A DNA stretch of 64,000 bases from NCBI GenBank assembly GCA_045655245.1, contig JAZOOX010000024.1, positions 488 through 64,487 on the forward strand, given 5' to 3'. Position 1 is the stretch's first letter. The number at the start of each line of letters is the position of its first letter. The position numbers and the translations under genes were made by a program. Positions 60,355 to 64,000 of the stretch are shown one piece after another. The stretch is from Clostridia bacterium. GTDB lineage: Bacteria > Bacillota > Clostridia > RGIG8785. The notes under the pieces were generated by a model. That model was given only the letters and a program-made list of their open reading frames with translations, was not told where the DNA came from and did no database searches.

Positions 60355-60795
60355 TTATTCGCAATCCTCGCAATCGCAATCACAGTCGCAATCGCAGTCA
60401 ATGTCTAACACGATGGTCTCGCGGCAGCTGGGGCAGATAACCTCTTCCTCGCAAAGCAGTTCGTCGTCCAGGAAAACATCATCGCCGCAATGGGGGCAGG
60501 TAATCTGGACCATACCGTCTTCGTAATCGTAGTCGTCACAGTCGCAATCACAATCGTCGTCGCAGTCACAGCCGCAATCGCAATCATCGTCGTAGCAGTA
60601 TTCTTCCAGATCGCCCAGATCTTCGTCAACCTCGTCCAGTTGAGCAGAAACTTCTTCGATCGCAATAGCCATATCGTTGACCAGTTCGATCAGTTGGGCA
60701 ACCAGACGACCGGTATTGGACTCGTCCTCTACCTTCATGCCGTCAGCCAGACCCTTTAAATAAGCGGCTCTCTTTTCTAATTCATTGTAGCACAT
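60355..60795 (-). CDS. Highly acidic Cys/Asp-repeat protein with central zinc-ribbon (CPHC...CPSC), putative metal-binding; cotranscribed with efp
   Basis: 146 aa: N-terminal helical region, then YCYDDDCDCGCDCDDDCDCDCDD, the zinc ribbon, and a C-terminal DCDCDCDCDCEDCE. ATG with GAAAGGGAG RBS 24 nt after the efp stop, with no intervening terminator. Confidence 0.6.
   Translation of the reverse strand: MCYNELEKRAAYLKGLADGMKVEDESNTGRLVAQLIELVNDMAIAIEEVSAQLDEVDEDLGDLEEYCYDDDCDCGCDCDDDCDCDCDDYDYEDGMVQITCPHCGDDVFLDDELLCEEEVICPSCRETIVLDIDCDCDCDCDCEDCE
60536..60594. repeat. Imperfect hexanucleotide (GTCGCA/ATCGCA) coding microsatellite encoding (Cys-Asp)n; a second tract lies at ~60358-60400
   Basis: Seen directly: tcgcaatcgcaatcacagtcgcaatcgcagtc and gtcacagtcgcaatcacaatcgtcgtcgcagtcacagccgcaatcgcaatc. 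Confidence 0.7.
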
Positions 60796-60820
60796 CGGAA
60801 CTCTCCCTTTCTGTTACAGA

Positions 60821-61378
60821 TTATACACGTTCCATGTATTCGCCGGTACGGGTGTCAATGCGAACACGGTCACCCTGATTGACGAACAGCGGAACGTTGA
60901 TGACGGCACCGGTCTCGACAGTAGCGGTCTTGGTTGCACCGGTAGCAGTATCACCCTTGACACCGGGTTCAGTCTCGGTAATTTCCAGTTCGACAAAGTT
61001 CGGAGGTTCTACACCGAAAACGTTGCCTTTATAGGACAGGATTCTAACCAGGTCATTTTCTTTAACGAACTTTAAAGCATCACCCAAAACGTCAGCATTC
61101 AGAGGAACCATATCAAAGGTCTCCTGATCCATAAAGAAGAAAATGCCGCCGTCTTCGTAAGAATACTGCATATCCTTACGCTCGATATGAGCTTTGGGGA
61201 ACTTCTGGTCGGGGCGGAACGTCTTTTCGACAACGCCTCCGGTAACAACATTTCTCAGCGTAGTTCTGACGAATGCGGCACCTTTACCGGGTTTTACGTG
61301 TTGAAACTTTACAATCTGGAATACATTACCGTCTTCTTCGAAAGTAATGCCGTTTCTGAAATCACCAGCACTAATCAT
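60821..61378 (-). CDS. efp: Elongation factor P
   Basis: 185 aa. KPGKGAAF loop with the modifiable Lys and three OB domains. Confidence 0.93.
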   Translation of the reverse strand: MISAGDFRNGITFEEDGNVFQIVKFQHVKPGKGAAFVRTTLRNVVTGGVVEKTFRPDQKFPKAHIERKDMQYSYEDGGIFFFMDQETFDMVPLNADVLGDALKFVKENDLVRILSYKGNVFGVEPPNFVELEITETEPGVKGDTATGATKTATVETGAVINVPLFVNQGDRVRIDTRTGEYMERV

Positions 61379-61449
61379 TGGTCTATACCTCCAAGTTTTC
61401 TTTTTCTGCTTTTATTTTATACGATTTTTCCGTAAATTTCAAGTACTTT

Positions 61450-62505
61450 TTAAAGAATTGTCAAAACTTTTGCCGATTGGGTCAGCCGTCGGCATCCGTC
61501 CGGCGTGATCACTGCTGTATCCTCGATGCGCAAGCCACCCTTTCCGGGCAGGTAGACCCCCGGTTCCACCGTGACTACCATCCCCGTCTCCAACACCGTT
61601 TCCGAGCGGGGGCTTAGCGTGGGTTGCTCGTGGATTTCGAGTCCTACCCCGTGCCCCAGTGCGTGACCGAAATAGCGATCCAACCCCGACGGTTTTAACC
61701 CATCGCGGGAGAGTCGGTCGATTTCTTTGCAGGACGCCCCCGGGCGAAGGGCGGCGACCGCCGCTTCCTGGGTGGCAAGGACGGCATCATACCATCCGCG
61801 CGCCTCATCCGACACCCCGCCTATCGCCAGGGTGCGGGTCATATCCGAGCAGTAGCCGTCTTTCACACAACCGAAATCCACCGTCAGCAGGTCACCCTTT
61901 TGCAGTACGCGGTCGGTGGGAACAGCGTGGGGACAAGCGCCGTTAATCCCCGATGCCACAATCGTGTCAAAGGACAGTTTTTCCGCCCCCCGCTCCCGCA
62001 GGAGTTGTTCCAATTTCCAAGCCAAATCCTTTTCGCTCCGACCCGCCCCCACTTCGCCTAAAAACGCCGTCCATGCATCGTCGGCAATGGCGGCGGCACG
62101 GGTGAGTGCGGCAATCTCATCAGCGTCCTTTACCCTACGGAGACGGGCAACGGGGTCGTCCAGCGAAACCAGACGGTCTTCCCCAATTTTTTCGCAAAGC
62201 ATTTGATAGGCGGATAGGGTCAACCGCTCCGACTCCACCCCAATGCGGCGCAACCCCTCCGACCACTTGGCAAGGGCATCGCCGAATCCCGTTACTTCCA
62301 TCACTTCGCAATCGGTGACTTGGGCTTTTGCCGCCGTGGTATAGCGGGAATCGCAGAAAAAGACCGATTCTTTTGCCGAAACTGCCACCCATCCTGCCGA
62401 AGCGGGAAAATGGGTCAGGTATCGGCGGTTAACCGGGTCGCAGGTCAAAAACCCGTCCAACCCGTCGGTGTTCATAAAGTCCAGTAAGCGGTCGATACGG
62501 CTCAT
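61450..62505 (-). CDS. Xaa-Pro aminopeptidase (M24B family, YqhT/PepP-like)
   Basis: 351 aa. Creatinase-like N-terminus plus pita-bread domain with His/Asp/Glu metal ligands. Conserved upstream neighbour of efp in Firmicutes. Confidence 0.85.
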   Translation of the reverse strand: MSRIDRLLDFMNTDGLDGFLTCDPVNRRYLTHFPASAGWVAVSAKESVFFCDSRYTTAAKAQVTDCEVMEVTGFGDALAKWSEGLRRIGVESERLTLSAYQMLCEKIGEDRLVSLDDPVARLRRVKDADEIAALTRAAAIADDAWTAFLGEVGAGRSEKDLAWKLEQLLRERGAEKLSFDTIVASGINGACPHAVPTDRVLQKGDLLTVDFGCVKDGYCSDMTRTLAIGGVSDEARGWYDAVLATQEAAVAALRPGASCKEIDRLSRDGLKPSGLDRYFGHALGHGVGLEIHEQPTLSPRSETVLETGMVVTVEPGVYLPGKGGLRIEDTAVITPDGCRRLTQSAKVLTIL

Positions 62506-63365
62506 TGCGCACCGCCTTTGGCATGAAGATACAAATCCCGCATCAGCATCGCATCGTCCCCTTGGGTGCCTGCCGACTCACTGATGATGGTAGGACACCA
62601 ATCTCGTTTTGCAAGGAGTTCAGCCAAGGGGGCGAAATCGGGACCAAACTCGTTTTGGGCAAAGGTCAGATGTTTCTTTTCCCCCGCATTTGTATATTCG
62701 ATGGGGCTAAAATGGCAATGAAACTGCCGCGCCCGTTCCCATCCCAAGGCGTTTTCCAGTTGGTCCAGCAAGGCGGCGAAATGAGCAATCTCGGTCAGCC
62801 CACCCAGGGTACGGGCATAGATATGGCCGAAGTCGATGGTGGGGAGCATCCGCTCGTCCAGTTGGCAGAGTTCCAGCACTTCTTCCAGGGTGCCTAACTG
62901 GTTGATCTTGCCCATGGTTTCGGGGCAGATAGCAATGTGTCCCAACCCCGCTTGGTCGGCGGCGGACAGCGCCATTCGAAGGGTCTCCTTGGCGTAGGCA
63001 AGGGCGGTGGCGCGGTCGATTTTGGCACAACTGCCCGAATGAACCACCACGCGGGTCGCACCCATGGCATCCGCCGCTTTTAAAGACGCCATAATATAAT
63101 CCACACTCTTAATCCGTTTTTCCTCCTCCACCGAGGACAGGCTAATGTAATAGGGCGAGTGCAAGGACAGCGTGATCCCCGCCTCACGGGCGGCAACGCC
63201 CAGCAACCGAGCGGTGGCTTCGGTGATCCGAACACCGTTGCCGCATTGGTATTCATAAGCGGTAAGACCGTTTTCCTTCAGCCAGGCGGGCATTTCAGCA
63301 GAGGCCTTATGCCCCTCGCCATAAAAACGGTCAGGGTTTCCTGCAGAGCCGAATTTGATTCCCAT
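62502..63365 (-). CDS. AP endonuclease family 2 / deoxyribonuclease IV-like TIM-barrel protein
   Basis: 287 aa. SLHSPYYISL motif resembling the HAPYLINL motif of Nfo. Confidence 0.7.
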   Translation of the reverse strand: MGIKFGSAGNPDRFYGEGHKASAEMPAWLKENGLTAYEYQCGNGVRITEATARLLGVAAREAGITLSLHSPYYISLSSVEEEKRIKSVDYIMASLKAADAMGATRVVVHSGSCAKIDRATALAYAKETLRMALSAADQAGLGHIAICPETMGKINQLGTLEEVLELCQLDERMLPTIDFGHIYARTLGGLTEIAHFAALLDQLENALGWERARQFHCHFSPIEYTNAGEKKHLTFAQNEFGPDFAPLAELLAKRDWCPTIISESAGTQGDDAMLMRDLYLHAKGGAQ

Positions 63366-63884
63366 CTATACATCCTCCCGTAAAATGGTGGTGTCTTTTT
63401 GAATCCGTTTTAAGAAGGGCACTTCCAGCGCCCGTTTAAATCGGATAAAAGCGGTTTCTGCCCCGCCGCGGGGGACGACCAGTGCGGTTTTAATCTTCCC
63501 CCGATTGCCGCACCAGATATCGGTAAAGAGCTGGTCGCCTACCAGCAGCGCACCGTCAGCGGTCTCTCCCAGCAGTTCCAACGCACGGCGCACCCCCGTT
63601 CCTTTTGGCTTTTGGGCATGGGCGATGTAGGGCAACCCTAAAGGCGTTGCAAATGCACCGACCCGCGCCTCGCTGTTATTCGATAGGATACAGAGGAAAA
63701 ATCCCGCTTCTTTCAAAACGTTCAGGTGTGCTTCTGCCGCGGGGGCAACGGGTAACCCGTGTCCGTCAGACAGGGTATTGTCTACGTCCAACAAAAGCAC
63801 TCGGATCCCGTGGCGGGTCAACAGTTGGGGGGTCAACGACTCGAACCCTTTTAAATAAAAAGTCGGTTTTAACCGTTTATACAT
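63366..63884 (-). CDS. YqeG-family HAD-IIIA phosphatase
   Basis: HAD motif I LLDVDNTL and motif IV GDQLFTDI. The ORF could start 4 codons earlier, at 63896. Confidence 0.7.
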   Translation of the reverse strand: MYKRLKPTFYLKGFESLTPQLLTRHGIRVLLLDVDNTLSDGHGLPVAPAAEAHLNVLKEAGFFLCILSNNSEARVGAFATPLGLPYIAHAQKPKGTGVRRALELLGETADGALLVGDQLFTDIWCGNRGKIKTALVVPRGGAETAFIRFKRALEVPFLKRIQKDTTILREDV

Positions 63885-64000
63885 AATGCAACTCATTCCT
63901 TTATATAATGTATCGGTTTTAGTTTACCACGGATTTGTCCAAAGTGCAAGTATGCAGGGAGGTTTTATGTACCTGAATGTTTTTCTCGCCACTCCAACCG

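Noticed and set aside
61471-61495. Palindrome TGCCGA-N12-TCGGCA
   Set aside because: Lies inside the Xaa-Pro aminopeptidase coding sequence. Most likely coincidental.
1-64000. Searched for CRISPR arrays, IS elements, integrases, phage genes and Cas/defence gene signatures
   Set aside because: No direct-repeat/spacer arrays, no transposase, recombinase or phage-like ORFs, and no terminal inverted repeats were seen. The window reads as conserved core chromosome.

Overview
This 64 kb window looks like core chromosome of a moderately GC-rich, probably spore-forming Firmicute of the Clostridia type. The evidence is spoVG, a SpoIIM-like membrane protein, a LytTR regulator, EndoA/MazF next to alr, and canonical -35/-10 promoters with AAGGAGG ribosome-binding sites. 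It is densely coding, with about 70 genes and no CRISPR array, transposase, integrase or prophage signature.

Main coding blocks, in order:
- a Na/Pi cotransporter, a YfcE-like phosphodiesterase and feoAB;
- a three-gene operon of an Sfp-type phosphopantetheinyl transferase, a low-molecular-weight protein tyrosine phosphatase and a 786-aa protein with two OST-HTH/LOTUS-like repeats and a DUF3825-like C-terminus;
- a fucose module (fucI, an FGGY kinase and a divergent AraC regulator);
- AzlCD, a MATE exporter, and a TAXI-type TRAP transporter;
- a purine salvage operon (NCS2 permease and a phosphoribosyltransferase);
- a stand-alone initiator tRNA-fMet with its own promoter and terminator;
- pfkA, an SLH lipoprotein with an ABC exporter, and proA-mutS2;
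- carD-ispD-ispF and spoVG;
- murC cotranscribed with a small ferredoxin-thioredoxin-reductase-catalytic-like CxC protein and trxA;
- fba and cysK;
- rplS, lepB, rbgA, rnhB and yraN;
- a dipeptidase, an aspartate aminotransferase, proC, a glycosyltransferase and pncB;
- the conserved rimP-nusA-ylxR-L7Ae-infB-rbfA-nrnA-truB-ribF-rpsO-pnp block;
- alr-ndoAI-ndoA (MazEF);
- nnr, efp cotranscribed with an unusual Cys/Asp-repeat zinc-ribbon protein, an Xaa-Pro aminopeptidase, an Nfo-like TIM-barrel protein and a YqeG HAD phosphatase.

I did not find a clear-cut novel multi-gene system; the most unusual items are listed as findings. All base coordinates of promoters, terminators and motifs were counted by hand and may be off by 1-2 nt. 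CDS coordinates come from the ORF track, with internal starts moved by codon arithmetic where a ribosome-binding site supports it.
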